Both the position numbers and the translations under genes were made by a program. The notes below the pieces were generated by a model. The model was not told the origin of the DNA. It searched no databases and saw only the letters and a program-made list of their open reading frames with translations. This document shows positions 9,154 to 20,409 of a stretch of DNA of 64,000 nucleotides, piece by piece (position 1 is the first letter of the stretch; each line of letters opens with the position of its first letter). The stretch spans positions 2,784,001-2,848,000 of the forward strand of contig OZ242358.1 in assembly GCA_965208835.1 (NCBI GenBank), read 5' to 3'. This stretch comes from Candidatus Latescibacterota bacterium (GTDB taxonomy: Bacteria; Latescibacterota; UBA2968; GCA-2709665).

Positions 9154-9951
9154 TCATCCCAGTTGCAATGCTCTCCAACGGTCATACGCCGTATGCATGC
9201 TCTCCGGCAGAAATCCTCGTACATTGTCCGCCAGCATCCATTTCACGCGCCCGTCCGTTTCCTGCGGTTTCTCGTCCGGATTATGTTTATTCCAGCTCCC
9301 TGCCAGTGTCATTCTCTCGGGCCTGGTCTTGTAGGTCCCGCGATGGACCGCATTGCCGCTCCAGAAAATCGTCTGTCCCGCCTTCAGGTGCATCACTTCC
9401 TGCGTTGAGATGTCGGCGTGTCGATTCTTCAACAGGCGATCCCGCTCCTCATCCGTACGGTACCGCCGGTGGCTGCCCGGCACCAGTTGCAGGCAGGAAT
9501 CGTCAACCAGCGCCAGGTGCCACTTCAACGACACCATCGGCCGGTTGAGTATTTCCATTTCCACTTCGTAGGACCCGTCCCGCTCGTTACCGCCGAAATC
9601 CCGGTGCCACCCGCCGTTCCAATCCACTTCGTCGGGCGATGTGAAAATGAGCACGCCGCCCAGGCGCAAATCGGCGCCGATAAACGGCACGACGTATTGC
9701 AACACCGGTTGAGACATCAGATACTCCGCAAAAACCGGTTCGTTGAATTCGGGAGCGAACAAGCCCCTGATCGCCCAGGGCTCTCCCTCGGGAGTCCGGT
9801 GCGTATAGATATCCACATCCCGGGTACGCGTTTTCGATTTCACCCGCCGCGTCGCTTCCAGAAGCGGTTCCAGCATATCCGGATCGACCGCATCATCCGC
9901 GATGAAATAGCCCTGTGTCCTGTACTGTTCCCTGACCTCTTCCAAGTCCAT
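9154..9951 (-). CDS. Phytanoyl-CoA dioxygenase (PhyH) family Fe(II)/2OG oxygenase
   Basis: WHRD, LVPGSH, HRG facial-triad motifs. Confidence 0.9.
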   Translation of the reverse strand: MDLEEVREQYRTQGYFIADDAVDPDMLEPLLEATRRVKSKTRTRDVDIYTHRTPEGEPWAIRGLFAPEFNEPVFAEYLMSQPVLQYVVPFIGADLRLGGVLIFTSPDEVDWNGGWHRDFGGNERDGSYEVEMEILNRPMVSLKWHLALVDDSCLQLVPGSHRRYRTDEERDRLLKNRHADISTQEVMHLKAGQTIFWSGNAVHRGTYKTRPERMTLAGSWNKHNPDEKPQETDGRVKWMLADNVRGFLPESMHTAYDRWRALQLG

Positions 9952-10023
9952 GGCGTTCATCCTCCACAGTTGTCCTGCGACGTTCATCCGGCGTAGATAT
10001 ATGCTTCGAAATCCAATGGGGTT

Positions 10024-13000
10024 TTACCACTGCTTCTTCCAGAAGATCCCGAGTGAACTCCGGTCGCGTTCACGTTCGTTTCCCTCGCGCTGCTGCGCCT
10101 CCAGCGTGACGTTCGGCAACAATTCGTATTCCACGACGACCTCCTTCCCCCGTGCCTCGGAGACGTCCTGTGCGTAGCTGACGAAAAACCGGGATCCGAA
10201 GTACTTCCCGGCCCGTACCCGCGTGGCCGTGTTGCCCATTCCCAGGTCGATTTCCACGACGTCGAGATTCAGTCGCTGTCCGATCGTCTGCTTCAACCGG
10301 TTCGCCGCCAGTCCCATTACCAGGACGGCGGCCCGTCCTTCCATGCCGCTCCCCCCGCCACCGCCGTCGCCAGCCATCAGCTCGGACATCTCGTCCGGCG
10401 ACATGCCGAGAAGCAGGTAAGAGAGGATGTCGTCATCGATCCGCTTATGGTCCGGGAGGTCGCTCTCCAACGATATCTGCGGGTTCAGAAACGTCCCTCC
10501 CACAACCACGCTGATCAGCACATTTTCGCCGGATACCCTGACCCTGCGTGTGGCTATAATGTAGAGATCGGGGTTGATTTCCGTACTGCCGCGGAAGTTG
10601 ATTTCTCCCCGGTCGATGGCGAAACTCCGGTTCTGGAACTCGTATCTTCCGTGCCTGCTGTCGAGAGAACCGTAAACCCTGAGTCCCTTTCGGTCCTTGA
10701 CCAGATCGAGATCGCCGGAAATCTCGACGTTTAACTCCCTGTCACGGATCCACACGTTTCGAGAGGCCGAAAGCCGAATGTCGCACGTCAGATTCCGATA
10801 GAATGGAGATGCCATCCAGGCGACGTCGGTCGGGTATTCGATGAAATCGGACAGCTTGAGCACCGCGCGGGACAGCGCCACCCTGCCCTTCATGCGACCG
10901 GCCCGTGAGTCGCCCTTCAATTGAAGATCCGCATTGAGGGTGGCCTTGAGTTCTGACAGGTCAATCGCCTCGAACTCATTTGCCTTTAACGTAAGATCAT
11001 AGCTTTCCAGGTTGAATCGATCCAGTGTCATTTCACCGTTGAGAGCGACCCGTTGGTTCTCTCTGCCGGCCTCCAGGCGTTCCAGGACGACTCTGTTCCC
11101 GTCAAGTCTCAGATCCGCCTCAACCCTCTTGATGGTCGTATTAAGCGGTACAATGCGTGATTTTCCATCGCGAATCCGTACCCATCCGTCGTGGCGAAAT
11201 CGTCGTGTTGTCCCCGTCACGTTCACGTCGGCCGTCAGAATACCTTCGGCGTCACGAATTCCGGAAACCACATCCGGAAGGAGGCTGAGGTCAATGCCGT
11301 CCGCTTCGACCGAGACGTCTACGGGCCCGTCGGGGAACAGGGTCTTGCTCTTCCGCGGCGACAGGTTCAGCGGGAATCGCCCCCTTCCCGACGCTTCCCG
11401 GCCGGTGGACTGCACCAGTCTCAAATCAATCGACGCCTGACGATCCACATAACCAAGCGATCCGGAAAGCGCCTGAAAACGAACCCCGACGACGTCGCCA
11501 TTCCTGATGTCCAGCTCGGACTTGACGCTGGGATCGTCAGGCGTTCCGGACAGGGAAATTCGCCCGCCAAGTGTGCCGCTCAGGTCCCCCGCCATCCCCA
11601 GGATCGTCGACCATGTCTTCAGATCCAGCCCTTTGAGGCTTACAACCACGCCATCGGACTTTCCGCTGTGTCCACGCGCGTGAATGGTCCCCGCGTCGCC
11701 AACCAGCCGGAATCTCTCCACGTACGCGCCCTCGTCGGGGCGATACGTCGCCCGGGAAGGGCCGTCGTTGGACAGCGACACGCCACCCACCTCGACGGTG
11801 AGCGAGTCGAGTTCGAGGTTGTATCCCTCACCGGCCCGAGCGGCCCGGGCACTGAGATGGAGGTGATCGATGTCGTCCGGCCGGCTGCCCAGGACAAGGG
11901 ATACGGAGTCCCCGTTCAATGACATATCGAGCGAGGGGGCGCGAACGGTCCGCCCGCCCCACACAAGGGAGTCCGCACGGGCGGAATAACTCCCCTCCGG
12001 AAGATGGGACCCGGTCATTCCAATTCTGACGCCGTGGATCGGGACATCCATGTAATTCACGCTGTCGGCGGCCACGATCGCACGGACGACCGGCTGCTCC
12101 CAGGTCCCGCCAATACGGGCAGTCAGGGACGCCGGCGTTCCCGAGAGGCCCCTCCCTACGATGCTCTCCAGAGCCTCGATCTCGAAAACCCGCCCGTTTG
12201 CACGGATCTCCATGCTGTCACCGGGGACGATCCAGCCACGGGCATCGACGTGCGCACGCGGGCCGGCCAGGATGAGTCGATTGACAATCGTCCGACGACC
12301 CTGCTGCACCACGCTCGCCCTCGCGCTATCCAGCCTTCCGCCGAGAAAACGCGACGCCACCAGCATGACGTCGGCGGTGGTCTGCACCGAATCCGGGTGA
12401 AATCCCTCCCCGGTGACGCCAATCTGCAGCGTAACACCTTCCAGGAGGCCGGGGCGCCCCAGAAGCGTTTCCATTGCCAGGCCGTCCACCCGAAGCCCCG
12501 CACGATATGTGGGTTTTTCGCCATCCGGGCGCCGGAGTCGTCCCAGATCCAGGCGGCCGTGTCCCCTGACCACGCCGTACGGGTCCGGCAGTCTTACGCC
12601 TACACTGTCAATGTCGACAATGCCGTGCCGGTACGACCCCCTGAGAGCGAGTCCTCTCGCCGGGGGCAGCCCCCCGGCTTTCAGAAGGTCGATCGAGGCT
12701 TCGCCCCGCCATACTCCGTCGCCCGACAGTCTCAACCGAATGTCCCCCGTGACGTCGGTGATTCCTGGCAGTTCCGGTGAAATCCTGGTCAGGTCCAGAT
12801 GGTCCATGCGGGTCCGCAGCAGGTAGGAAGGCGCCTTTGTCCTCCCTGCAGCTTCCAGCGTTGCGGCCAGGCCACCAGCGTCCCCCTCCACGCTGAGGTC
12901 CATGAGGAACCGCCCTTCCGCCAGTGACGCCCGCAGGCTCGCCGTATCCACGGATACGCCAAAGAGACGCGACTTTGAGAATTCACCAACGAGAGCCGCG

Positions 13001-14058
13001 TCGGCCGTCTGACGGTCCAGGCCGCGACCCTTCAGATTTATGGCCACGTCGAACCGGACATCCAGGTCCAGTTCCGGGCGGACCCGAGCCAAATCGACTC
13101 CCGTCGCAGTCGCGTGGAGGTCGTACGAAACCACCTCCTCGGAAAAATCGACGAGCCCGGAAAGTGTTGCCGAGGTCGACCCGTCGTTGAACTTCAGGTC
13201 GAGGTTCACGCCGGACGGATCGCCCCGCACTCTCCCGCCCGCTGCCAGACTACCCTCCGGATAGGTGCCGGGAAAAAGGCGACGGACCTCGTCGAACGCC
13301 AGAGAATCCGCATGCAGCACGATGTCATACTCGGGTCTCGACAGACCCTTCATCGTTCCGTCGATCCGCAGGCTGGAATGCGGCGTGTGCATTTGGAACC
13401 CGTCGAGCGCCAGGCGACCATCGGCAAGCAGCGTCAACCCGGTGAGATCCCTGATCTTAAGAGGAGGATCGAAGACAAGGGACCGAAACCGGCGGAACTC
13501 CAATTCGTATCCGGCAGGACCCGCCCGAAGACCGAGAACCATGTTCAGGCTGTCCAGCCTGCCACCGGTACCCGCACGCATTTTCCCGTCCACGACCTCC
13601 GCTTGTCGAATGCGGATATCCCATTCGGGGCCGGCTATCCACCACGCAGGGTCGGAACCGGGCAACAGGCTGGCGGCGGAATCGGCGGCGATCGATCTGT
13701 CCGGAAGCCGGACCGTCGGGGCGGCCAGGACGAGTCGGTCGACGTTCACCGATCCGCTCAGCAGTGACGTCAGCCGGTAACTGGCTTCCACGGCTCTCGC
13801 GGTCAGCAGCGGTTCTTCCTTCGTGCCAAACCGTACGCGTTCCATCCGGAACCCCTTCAGGGGGTTGCCGTGCAGGTCGCCGATTTCCACCGGCACGCTC
13901 AGGTCGCTGGCGAGTCGCCGCTGCGCATAATGCCTCAGATAAGTGTTCAACTGTCCGGATCCCAGCGCCAGCAGGGAGAATCCAACGACCACGGCAATGA
14001 CCGTCGAGAGAAGAGCGGCGATGTTTACGATGCGTCTCAAGAAAGTTCGATTCGGCAT
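10024..14058 (-). CDS. tamB: Translocation/assembly module TamB (DUF490)
   Basis: ~1345 aa with an N-terminal TM anchor, repetitive beta-taco sequence and a DUF490-like C-terminus (ILSYLLLG...GKY...VEYEL); directly downstream of tamA. Confidence 0.88.
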   Translation of the reverse strand: MPNRTFLRRIVNIAALLSTVIAVVVGFSLLALGSGQLNTYLRHYAQRRLASDLSVPVEIGDLHGNPLKGFRMERVRFGTKEEPLLTARAVEASYRLTSLLSGSVNVDRLVLAAPTVRLPDRSIAADSAASLLPGSDPAWWIAGPEWDIRIRQAEVVDGKMRAGTGGRLDSLNMVLGLRAGPAGYELEFRRFRSLVFDPPLKIRDLTGLTLLADGRLALDGFQMHTPHSSLRIDGTMKGLSRPEYDIVLHADSLAFDEVRRLFPGTYPEGSLAAGGRVRGDPSGVNLDLKFNDGSTSATLSGLVDFSEEVVSYDLHATATGVDLARVRPELDLDVRFDVAINLKGRGLDRQTADAALVGEFSKSRLFGVSVDTASLRASLAEGRFLMDLSVEGDAGGLAATLEAAGRTKAPSYLLRTRMDHLDLTRISPELPGITDVTGDIRLRLSGDGVWRGEASIDLLKAGGLPPARGLALRGSYRHGIVDIDSVGVRLPDPYGVVRGHGRLDLGRLRRPDGEKPTYRAGLRVDGLAMETLLGRPGLLEGVTLQIGVTGEGFHPDSVQTTADVMLVASRFLGGRLDSARASVVQQGRRTIVNRLILAGPRAHVDARGWIVPGDSMEIRANGRVFEIEALESIVGRGLSGTPASLTARIGGTWEQPVVRAIVAADSVNYMDVPIHGVRIGMTGSHLPEGSYSARADSLVWGGRTVRAPSLDMSLNGDSVSLVLGSRPDDIDHLHLSARAARAGEGYNLELDSLTVEVGGVSLSNDGPSRATYRPDEGAYVERFRLVGDAGTIHARGHSGKSDGVVVSLKGLDLKTWSTILGMAGDLSGTLGGRISLSGTPDDPSVKSELDIRNGDVVGVRFQALSGSLGYVDRQASIDLRLVQSTGREASGRGRFPLNLSPRKSKTLFPDGPVDVSVEADGIDLSLLPDVVSGIRDAEGILTADVNVTGTTRRFRHDGWVRIRDGKSRIVPLNTTIKRVEADLRLDGNRVVLERLEAGRENQRVALNGEMTLDRFNLESYDLTLKANEFEAIDLSELKATLNADLQLKGDSRAGRMKGRVALSRAVLKLSDFIEYPTDVAWMASPFYRNLTCDIRLSASRNVWIRDRELNVEISGDLDLVKDRKGLRVYGSLDSRHGRYEFQNRSFAIDRGEINFRGSTEINPDLYIIATRRVRVSGENVLISVVVGGTFLNPQISLESDLPDHKRIDDDILSYLLLGMSPDEMSELMAGDGGGGGSGMEGRAAVLVMGLAANRLKQTIGQRLNLDVVEIDLGMGNTATRVRAGKYFGSRFFVSYAQDVSEARGKEVVVEYELLPNVTLEAQQREGNERERDRSSLGIFWKKQW

Positions 14059-14127
14059 GGAAGGCCTGCACATCCAGAAGGATGGTTGAATTTATCCGTC
14101 GATTTCGCCCTCAGCGCACGTGATGCT

Positions 14128-15918
14128 TCAGAACGCCTGTCCCAGACTGAAAAAGACCCGCCGGCGCGGCTCACCGGGATCATCCGACAGCCGGTACGCG
14201 AAGTCCAGCCGCAAAGGGCTTATGGGGTTCAGATAACGCACGCCGACCCCTGCGGCCACGCGCAGGCGGCGGGGTTCGAAGGCCGCGTACCGGTCCGTTC
14301 CCACGGCGCCCGCATCCATGAATGCGGCCAGGCCAAAGCCGGGCAGAAGCCTGGCACGAACTTCGATGCTTCCTTCGAGTACGCTCCTGCCTCCCAACGG
14401 TTCGCCTTTGGCGTCTCTGGGGCCGAGCCGGTTCAGTCTCCATCCCCTCACGCTATTGGATCCACCGGCAAAAAACCGCTCGAATGAGGGAATCGCCTCA
14501 ACGCTTCCCTCGTTCAGGACCAAACCGCCCGATACCCTCAGGGCCAGCACGGTCTTCCAGAATAACCTCCGGTACCACCGCGCTTCGCCCGATACTTTGA
14601 GGAACTGTCTGAAACCTGCCGCCCTGACGGCGACCTCGGCCAACAGTCCCCGCTGCGGATCGAAGACGTCGTCTCGCCGGTCTTCCAGGTATTCCACCGA
14701 AAAGGTCGCACGGGTGCTGTCCAGCGCGAATTCGACGACTTCAGTTCTCGCCTCGAATACGACGCGACCGGTGGCGCGAAAGGTCCTTTCGAGCGCCGCG
14801 CTGGCGCCTCCCCGCTTTACCCTGACTTCCTTCGGCCGTTCCTGCTCCACAAAGCCCGTCAACTCCAGCCACGTCCTGCTCCCCAGTATGTACGGCTGCC
14901 TGACGCCAACCTTTGCCATGACCTCCAACGCTGAAGCGGAGGACTCGAAGTTCAGCTGGCGCGCGTCTCCACCCAGGAAACTCCGGTGCCGCCACGCCAG
15001 CAGACCCCGAAGCTTCTCCTCGGTATCGAATCCCGCCCCCAGTTTCAGTCTGCGGGGCGGACGCTCGCGGACGACGATGGAGACATCCACCGGACTCACC
15101 ATGTCGACCGAATCCGGAAGGGAGACCGAAACCGATCGAAATGCCTCGGACCGATGGAGCTGGAGCCGGCTGTCCAACAGGTCCTTCTTCCGGTAGGCGT
15201 CTCCTTCACGAAAAGTCAGGCCTCGGTGGATCAGGCCCTTTGAAACCCTTTGATTTCCCTCGATTCGCACGCTCCCGAAACGGCACTTGGGTCCGGGAGT
15301 CGCCAGGAACCTGACGTGAGCCATGTCTCCTCGACGCGACACCTGTGCCACGACCCGCGCGAACGCGTGGCCGTCATTCTGAAGCCGGTCGGAAATCAAC
15401 TTGAGGTCCGCTTCCCGGCCCATGCGTGTCAACGGACGACCCGGCCTGGTTTTCAATCCATTCACCAGGCGCAGGCTGTCCACGGCGGTATCCGCCGGCA
15501 GGACCTCCAGCCGTACGTCGGATACCACGACAGGCCCACCTTCCTTGATCCGGACCCGGATTCGCACAAAACCGGGGCGGTACCTTTCGACAACCGTGTC
15601 CACGACGGCTTCAAGGTACCCCAGGTCCCGATAATGCGCCGCGATCCGGTTCACATCCGATCGAAAGACAAGGGCATCGAATCTCCGCTCATCCGCGCCG
15701 GGAAAAATCCCGTACCACGGATCCGTGCGGGTATACATCAGCCGCCGTAGATCCCCGGTCGAGATCACCCGGTTCCCTTCGATCACAACCGCCTCAACGA
15801 TGGGTAATTTGCTATTCTGTGCATCCTTTGCGGCAAGGGTCGCGGGAATTCCAACCAGACCAATGATGACCACGCTTCTGAGGAAGGTCAAATCGCTCCA
15901 TCCTATCGGGTCAGGCAT
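14128..15918 (-). CDS. tamA: BamA/TamA family outer membrane protein
   Basis: POTRA repeats (IEGN...GY), FFAGGSNSVRGW, C-terminal FFSLGQAF; start codon uncertain. Confidence 0.88.
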   Translation of the reverse strand: MPDPIGWSDLTFLRSVVIIGLVGIPATLAAKDAQNSKLPIVEAVVIEGNRVISTGDLRRLMYTRTDPWYGIFPGADERRFDALVFRSDVNRIAAHYRDLGYLEAVVDTVVERYRPGFVRIRVRIKEGGPVVVSDVRLEVLPADTAVDSLRLVNGLKTRPGRPLTRMGREADLKLISDRLQNDGHAFARVVAQVSRRGDMAHVRFLATPGPKCRFGSVRIEGNQRVSKGLIHRGLTFREGDAYRKKDLLDSRLQLHRSEAFRSVSVSLPDSVDMVSPVDVSIVVRERPPRRLKLGAGFDTEEKLRGLLAWRHRSFLGGDARQLNFESSASALEVMAKVGVRQPYILGSRTWLELTGFVEQERPKEVRVKRGGASAALERTFRATGRVVFEARTEVVEFALDSTRATFSVEYLEDRRDDVFDPQRGLLAEVAVRAAGFRQFLKVSGEARWYRRLFWKTVLALRVSGGLVLNEGSVEAIPSFERFFAGGSNSVRGWRLNRLGPRDAKGEPLGGRSVLEGSIEVRARLLPGFGLAAFMDAGAVGTDRYAAFEPRRLRVAAGVGVRYLNPISPLRLDFAYRLSDDPGEPRRRVFFSLGQAF

Positions 15919-16202
15919 GGGAAATGGACGATGCCCGGACACAGGCCGGCTCCAGATTCGGCAGCGTCGACGTCCTTTCCGAAGCGACAGCCGGCAGGCA
16001 ATCCCTTTGACGCCCGCCGATCCTGGCGGTTTCAGCCTGACGCCCCGCAGCGGAAGATATATCTCACCATTTCGGGCACAAGTGAATTCTCTCAGGCCAT
16101 CCATTCAGGTCGGCCGGATTTCCGCAATTGAGACGATAGAGAATGGAAAGGCCCGTGTTTCCGGATCGGAAACACGGGCCTGAAGCCACCGGTTCAGAAT
16201 AC

Positions 16203-18833
16203 TCATGCGTCCGTGGCAGCGACCTCCCGCGGGGCATTGTCGTGGTGGAGCGCAAGCTTCCCATTCTCCAGGTCCACGCGAACTCGCGCGCCGTCGGGAA
16301 TTTCGCCGCTGATGAGACTACGTCCGATTCGCGTTTCCAGCTCACACTGCAGATACCGCTTCAGAGGGCGTGCGCCGTAGACCGGATCGAATCCCTCACG
16401 CGCGGCAAAAACCCGGGCGGCATCGGTGAATTCCAGCTCGATCCGCCGGTCCTCGAGCCGTTCGCGGAGATCCACGGTCAACAGGTCAACGATCTTCACG
16501 ATCTCAGCCTGCGTCAAACCCTTGAAAAGGACAATATCGTCGACGCGATTGAGGAACTCCGGCCGAAAGTGCCGCCTCATCTCCGCCACAACCGCCCGGC
16601 GGGCTTCGTCGTGGACCTCCCCGCTCTCCGCGACGCGATCGACAATGTGCGACGCCCCTATATTTGACGTCATGATGATCACGGCGTTCTTGAAATCAAC
16701 GGTTCTCCCCCGGGCGTCGGTCAATCGCCCGTCGTCGAGGATTTGCAGCAATACATTGAACACGTCGTGGTGTGCCTTCTCGATTTCGTCGAACAGGATT
16801 ACCGAATAGGGCTTCCTGCGGACCGCCTCGGTCAGTTGTCCCCCGTCATCGTAACCGACATATCCCGGAGGCGCGCCGACCAGCCTCGAAACCGCGTGTC
16901 GCTCCATGTATTCGCTCATGTCGATGCGGACCATGTTTTCCTCGGAGTCGAACAGCGCCTCGGCCAGAGCTTTTGCCAGTTCCGTCTTGCCGACGCCCGT
17001 TGGCCCGAGGAAGATGAACGAGCCGATCGGCCGGCGCGGATCCTTGACCCCGGCCCGTGCCCGGATCACGGCGTCGGCCACCAGCGACACGGCCTCGTCC
17101 TGACCCACAACGCGCTCATGCAGAATTTCATCCAGACGGAGGAGCTTTTCGCGTTCGCCTTCAACCAGGCGCGTTACGGGGATCCCGGTCCAGCGCGAGA
17201 CGATCTCCGCGATCTCGCCTTCGGTAACCTCTTCCCGGAGCAGCCGGCCGTTGCCGTGCGACCGCGCCTCTTCCGCCTCCAACATCCGCTCCAGTTCGGG
17301 CAGGCGTCCGTGACTCAATTCCGCCAGCCGGTTCAGATCGTACGCTCGCTCCGCCTCTTCGATTTCGCGACGCACCGCTTCAATCTGTTCGCGACGTTTG
17401 CGAACCGTGTCGATCACTTCCTTCTCGGATTCCCACCGGGCTCGCATCGCGTCTGCCTGCGACTTCAGATCGGCCAGCTCCTTGCGAAGGTCTTCCAGTC
17501 TCTGCGCACTGCCTTGATCCGACTCCTGCTTCAGCGCCGCCTCTTCGATTTCGAGTCTCATCACTCTGCGGGTGACCTCGTCCAGCGGTGCCGGCATCGA
17601 GCCGATCTCGGTGCGGATCATCGCACAGGCCTCGTCAACGAGGTCGATTGCCTTGTCGGGCAGAAACCGGTCCGATACGTACCGGTTGGAGAGTACGGCG
17701 GCACTCACCATGGCGTTGTCCTGAATCCGTACGCCGTGGTGCAATTCGTACCTCTCGCGAATTCCCCTGAGAATCGAAATGGTATCCTCCACCGAGGGCG
17801 CATCCACCGTCACGGGCTGAAACCGTCGCTCCAGGGCGGCGTCCTTCTCGATGTATTTCCGGTATTCGTCCAGCGTCGTCGCCCCGATACAATGCAGTTC
17901 CCCCCGTGCGAGCATCGGCTTCAGCATATTTCCCGCATCCGTGGACCCTTCCGTCCGACCCGCCCCGACGATATTGTGGACCTCGTCGATGAATAACAGG
18001 ATGCGGCCCTCGCTCCGGGCGATCTCGTTCAGGACGGCCTTTAGCCGTTCCTCGAATTCTCCTCTAAATTTGGCTCCCGCAAGCAGCGCGCCCATATCGA
18101 GGGAAAACACCGTACGCTCCACCATCCACTCCGGCACATCTCCCTTTACAATCCGCTGCGCGAGACCTTCAACCACGGCGGTCTTTCCGACCCCCGGCTC
18201 ACCGATCAGGACCGGGTTATTCTTTGTCTTCCGAGAAAGGATGCGCACAACCCTTCGGATTTCCGCGTCCCTCCCGATTACCGGATCCAGCTTGCCCTCG
18301 CGGGCCTGCGCGACCAGGTCCACGCCGTATTTCTCCAGCGCTTCGTAGGCGCCTTCGGGTTCGGGGCCGGTCACCCGCTGACTGCCCCGGACACGGGTCA
18401 GAGCTTCGAGGAAAGCCTCTCTTGTAACCTTGAATTCCCGCAGGATGCGCCCCCATCCCGTGTCCACCGCCCCGTCCAGTAACGCCAGCGCCAGGTGTTC
18501 CACTGAAACATACTCGTCCTGCATCCCCTTCGCCTCCGCTTCGGCCTGCCGGAGCAACCTGCCAAAGCGAGGCGTCACGTACATCCGGCCGCGCTCGTGG
18601 TTGCCGCCGGTCTGCCGCGGTCGTCGGGCGAGTTCGCTTTCCACCTCCGTTTTCAGGGCGCCGGTGTCGATTTCCATCCGCTCCAGAATGCGCGCGACCA
18701 GCCCGTCGTGCTGTTCAAGTAAAGCCAGAAGAAGATGCTCACCGTCCAACTCCGGCTGCCCGTAACCGGAGGCGCGTGCCTGCGCGTCCCGAAGCGCGTC
18801 CCGCGATTTTTGGGTCAGTCTGTTCATGTCCAT
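16203..18833 (-). CDS. clpB: ATP-dependent chaperone ClpB
   Basis: Two AAA modules ([16 protein letters not shown]), coiled-coil M domain, YGARPLKR. Confidence 0.97.
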   Translation of the reverse strand: MDMNRLTQKSRDALRDAQARASGYGQPELDGEHLLLALLEQHDGLVARILERMEIDTGALKTEVESELARRPRQTGGNHERGRMYVTPRFGRLLRQAEAEAKGMQDEYVSVEHLALALLDGAVDTGWGRILREFKVTREAFLEALTRVRGSQRVTGPEPEGAYEALEKYGVDLVAQAREGKLDPVIGRDAEIRRVVRILSRKTKNNPVLIGEPGVGKTAVVEGLAQRIVKGDVPEWMVERTVFSLDMGALLAGAKFRGEFEERLKAVLNEIARSEGRILLFIDEVHNIVGAGRTEGSTDAGNMLKPMLARGELHCIGATTLDEYRKYIEKDAALERRFQPVTVDAPSVEDTISILRGIRERYELHHGVRIQDNAMVSAAVLSNRYVSDRFLPDKAIDLVDEACAMIRTEIGSMPAPLDEVTRRVMRLEIEEAALKQESDQGSAQRLEDLRKELADLKSQADAMRARWESEKEVIDTVRKRREQIEAVRREIEEAERAYDLNRLAELSHGRLPELERMLEAEEARSHGNGRLLREEVTEGEIAEIVSRWTGIPVTRLVEGEREKLLRLDEILHERVVGQDEAVSLVADAVIRARAGVKDPRRPIGSFIFLGPTGVGKTELAKALAEALFDSEENMVRIDMSEYMERHAVSRLVGAPPGYVGYDDGGQLTEAVRRKPYSVILFDEIEKAHHDVFNVLLQILDDGRLTDARGRTVDFKNAVIIMTSNIGASHIVDRVAESGEVHDEARRAVVAEMRRHFRPEFLNRVDDIVLFKGLTQAEIVKIVDLLTVDLRERLEDRRIELEFTDAARVFAAREGFDPVYGARPLKRYLQCELETRIGRSLISGEIPDGARVRVDLENGKLALHHDNAPREVAATDA

Positions 18834-18999
18834 TGCAGGCCTCCATTCTTGTTTGCGGGGATTCTGCGGCCAATTTCACCGACCGGCTCAGGTTCCATTC
18901 CCTTACTTCCTCTGATCGCCTGATACTCCGCCTGGCGGCGGCTTCCCGCGAATCGTTCGTATGCGGCGAATACCAGACGCGCTGTCACGCCGGATGTGT

Positions 19000-19016
19000 C
19001 GCAATGTTCGTGCCAG
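19000..19016 (-). promoter_or_regulatory. Sigma54 (-24/-12) promoter for clpB
   Basis: Minus strand CTGGCACGAACATTGCG matches TGGCACG-N4-TTGC, ~170 nt upstream of clpB. Confidence 0.75.
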
Positions 19017-19376
19017 AATTAACCAGGATTCGTATGTTTTCGTGGACATTAAACCGAATATATGCAAGTCGATAAAGGCGATTAAACTGCGGATTACCAG
19101 GATACATCAGGTCTCCGGACGTGAACTGAAAAAGCGTCCTTCCGGACGACGGTTATGCCCTGTTTCGGAGGGATTTATCACGACGGCGGAATGCCGTCTT
19201 TTTGTATTGGGGTAAAATATGCTCAGCGTTAACGATGCATTGAGGCGGGGTGAATCGGAAGAATGGCGGCGGCGTGTTTACGGGACAGAGCGCTTGACAT
19301 TGAATTTATCTCGATCATCGCGTATCTTTGCGGATCGCCCGTACGCCCTTTTACATTCCGTCCGGAGGATCGCCGG

Positions 19377-20210
19377 ATGAAATCCGACTCAGACGCCCTT
19401 TCGGTTTTCGCACCCGATCTCTTTGCCGGAAAAACCGCGCTCGTAACCGGCGGCGGCCGGGGAATCGGCAAACGGATCGCCCTCGCGTTCGCCAGGCTGG
19501 GAGCGCAGGTTGTAATCGCCGGTCGTAACGCCGAAACGCTCGCGTCCACGTCCGGAGAGATTTCGGACATCGGCGCCCGGTGTCTTGCCCTGACAGTCAA
19601 TATCCGGAAAGTCGAACAGGTTGAAGACCTGGTCACGAAGGCGCTGTCCGAATTCGGTGGCATCGACTTCCTGGTCAACAACGCTGGCGGACAATTCCCG
19701 GCACGACCTTCGGAAATCACCGACGGGGGCTGGCGTGCGGTCGTGGACCTGAATCTCAACGGGACATGGAATATGTGCAGCCGCGTCGGTCCACTCATGG
19801 CCTCGAACGGCTACGGATCCATCGTCAACATCGTTCACGTTTATGCGCTTGAACGGGGCGCGCCGCCTTTTGCACATTCCGGCGCCGCGCGGGCGGGCGT
19901 GGTCAACCTGACCAAATCCCTGGCCTACCATTATGCCCAGAACAAGGTGCGGGTCAACGCACTCGCTCCAGGTTTTGTGGCCACCACCGGACTGCGGGAG
20001 CACGAATTCAAACCCCTCCAGAGGGAAGACTTCGAGTCAACGGCGCTCACCGATGTCCCCGCCGGCCGGTTCGCCGAGCCGGACGAGGTCGCAGCGATCA
20101 CGCTATTCCTCTGTTCTCCGGCCGCGGCATACATCACGGGTACGACGATTGTCGCCGACGGCGCGCTGTCCCTGGGCAACTGGACACCCTGGATGGATCC
20201 GGAACCGTAA
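19377..20210 (+). CDS. SDR oxidoreductase (trans-2-enoyl-CoA/2,4-dienoyl-CoA reductase-like)
   Basis: TGGGRGIG, NNAGGQF, HSGAARAG, NALAPG; GGAGG RBS. Confidence 0.9.
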   Translation: MKSDSDALSVFAPDLFAGKTALVTGGGRGIGKRIALAFARLGAQVVIAGRNAETLASTSGEISDIGARCLALTVNIRKVEQVEDLVTKALSEFGGIDFLVNNAGGQFPARPSEITDGGWRAVVDLNLNGTWNMCSRVGPLMASNGYGSIVNIVHVYALERGAPPFAHSGAARAGVVNLTKSLAYHYAQNKVRVNALAPGFVATTGLREHEFKPLQREDFESTALTDVPAGRFAEPDEVAAITLFLCSPAAAYITGTTIVADGALSLGNWTPWMDPEP

Positions 20211-20222
20211 CGGAATATCTGC

Positions 20223-20262
20223 AAAACAGAGAGGCCGGGGGTTTCCCGGCCTCTCTGTTTTT
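20223..20262. terminator. Bidirectional Rho-independent terminator
   Basis: AAAACAGAGAGGCCGGG-GGTTT-CCCGGCCTCTCTGTTTT, giving a U-tract on both strands. Confidence 0.85.
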
Positions 20263-20297
20263 ACGTTCTCCGCGGTTTGACTATTCGGATCCGAGAC

Positions 20298-20363
20298 AGC
20301 TATATATATGCCAGTTTGGCATATATATTAACGCCATTCCGGCATTTTATGCTAAATTGGCAT
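20298..20363. promoter_or_regulatory. Array of three ATGCCA-N3-TGGCAT-like palindromes overlapping a minus-strand sigma54-like promoter
   Basis: ATGCCAGTTTGGCAT (20308-22), ACGCCATTCCGGCAT (20331-45), ATGCTAAATTGGCAT (20349-63). Minus strand 20314-20298 reads CTGGCATATATATAGCT (GG-N10-GC). Confidence 0.5.
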
Positions 20364-20409
20364 TAATTTTCTTGCAACGTGGATTCCGGCTCGACCCGAC
20401 CTTCCCGAC

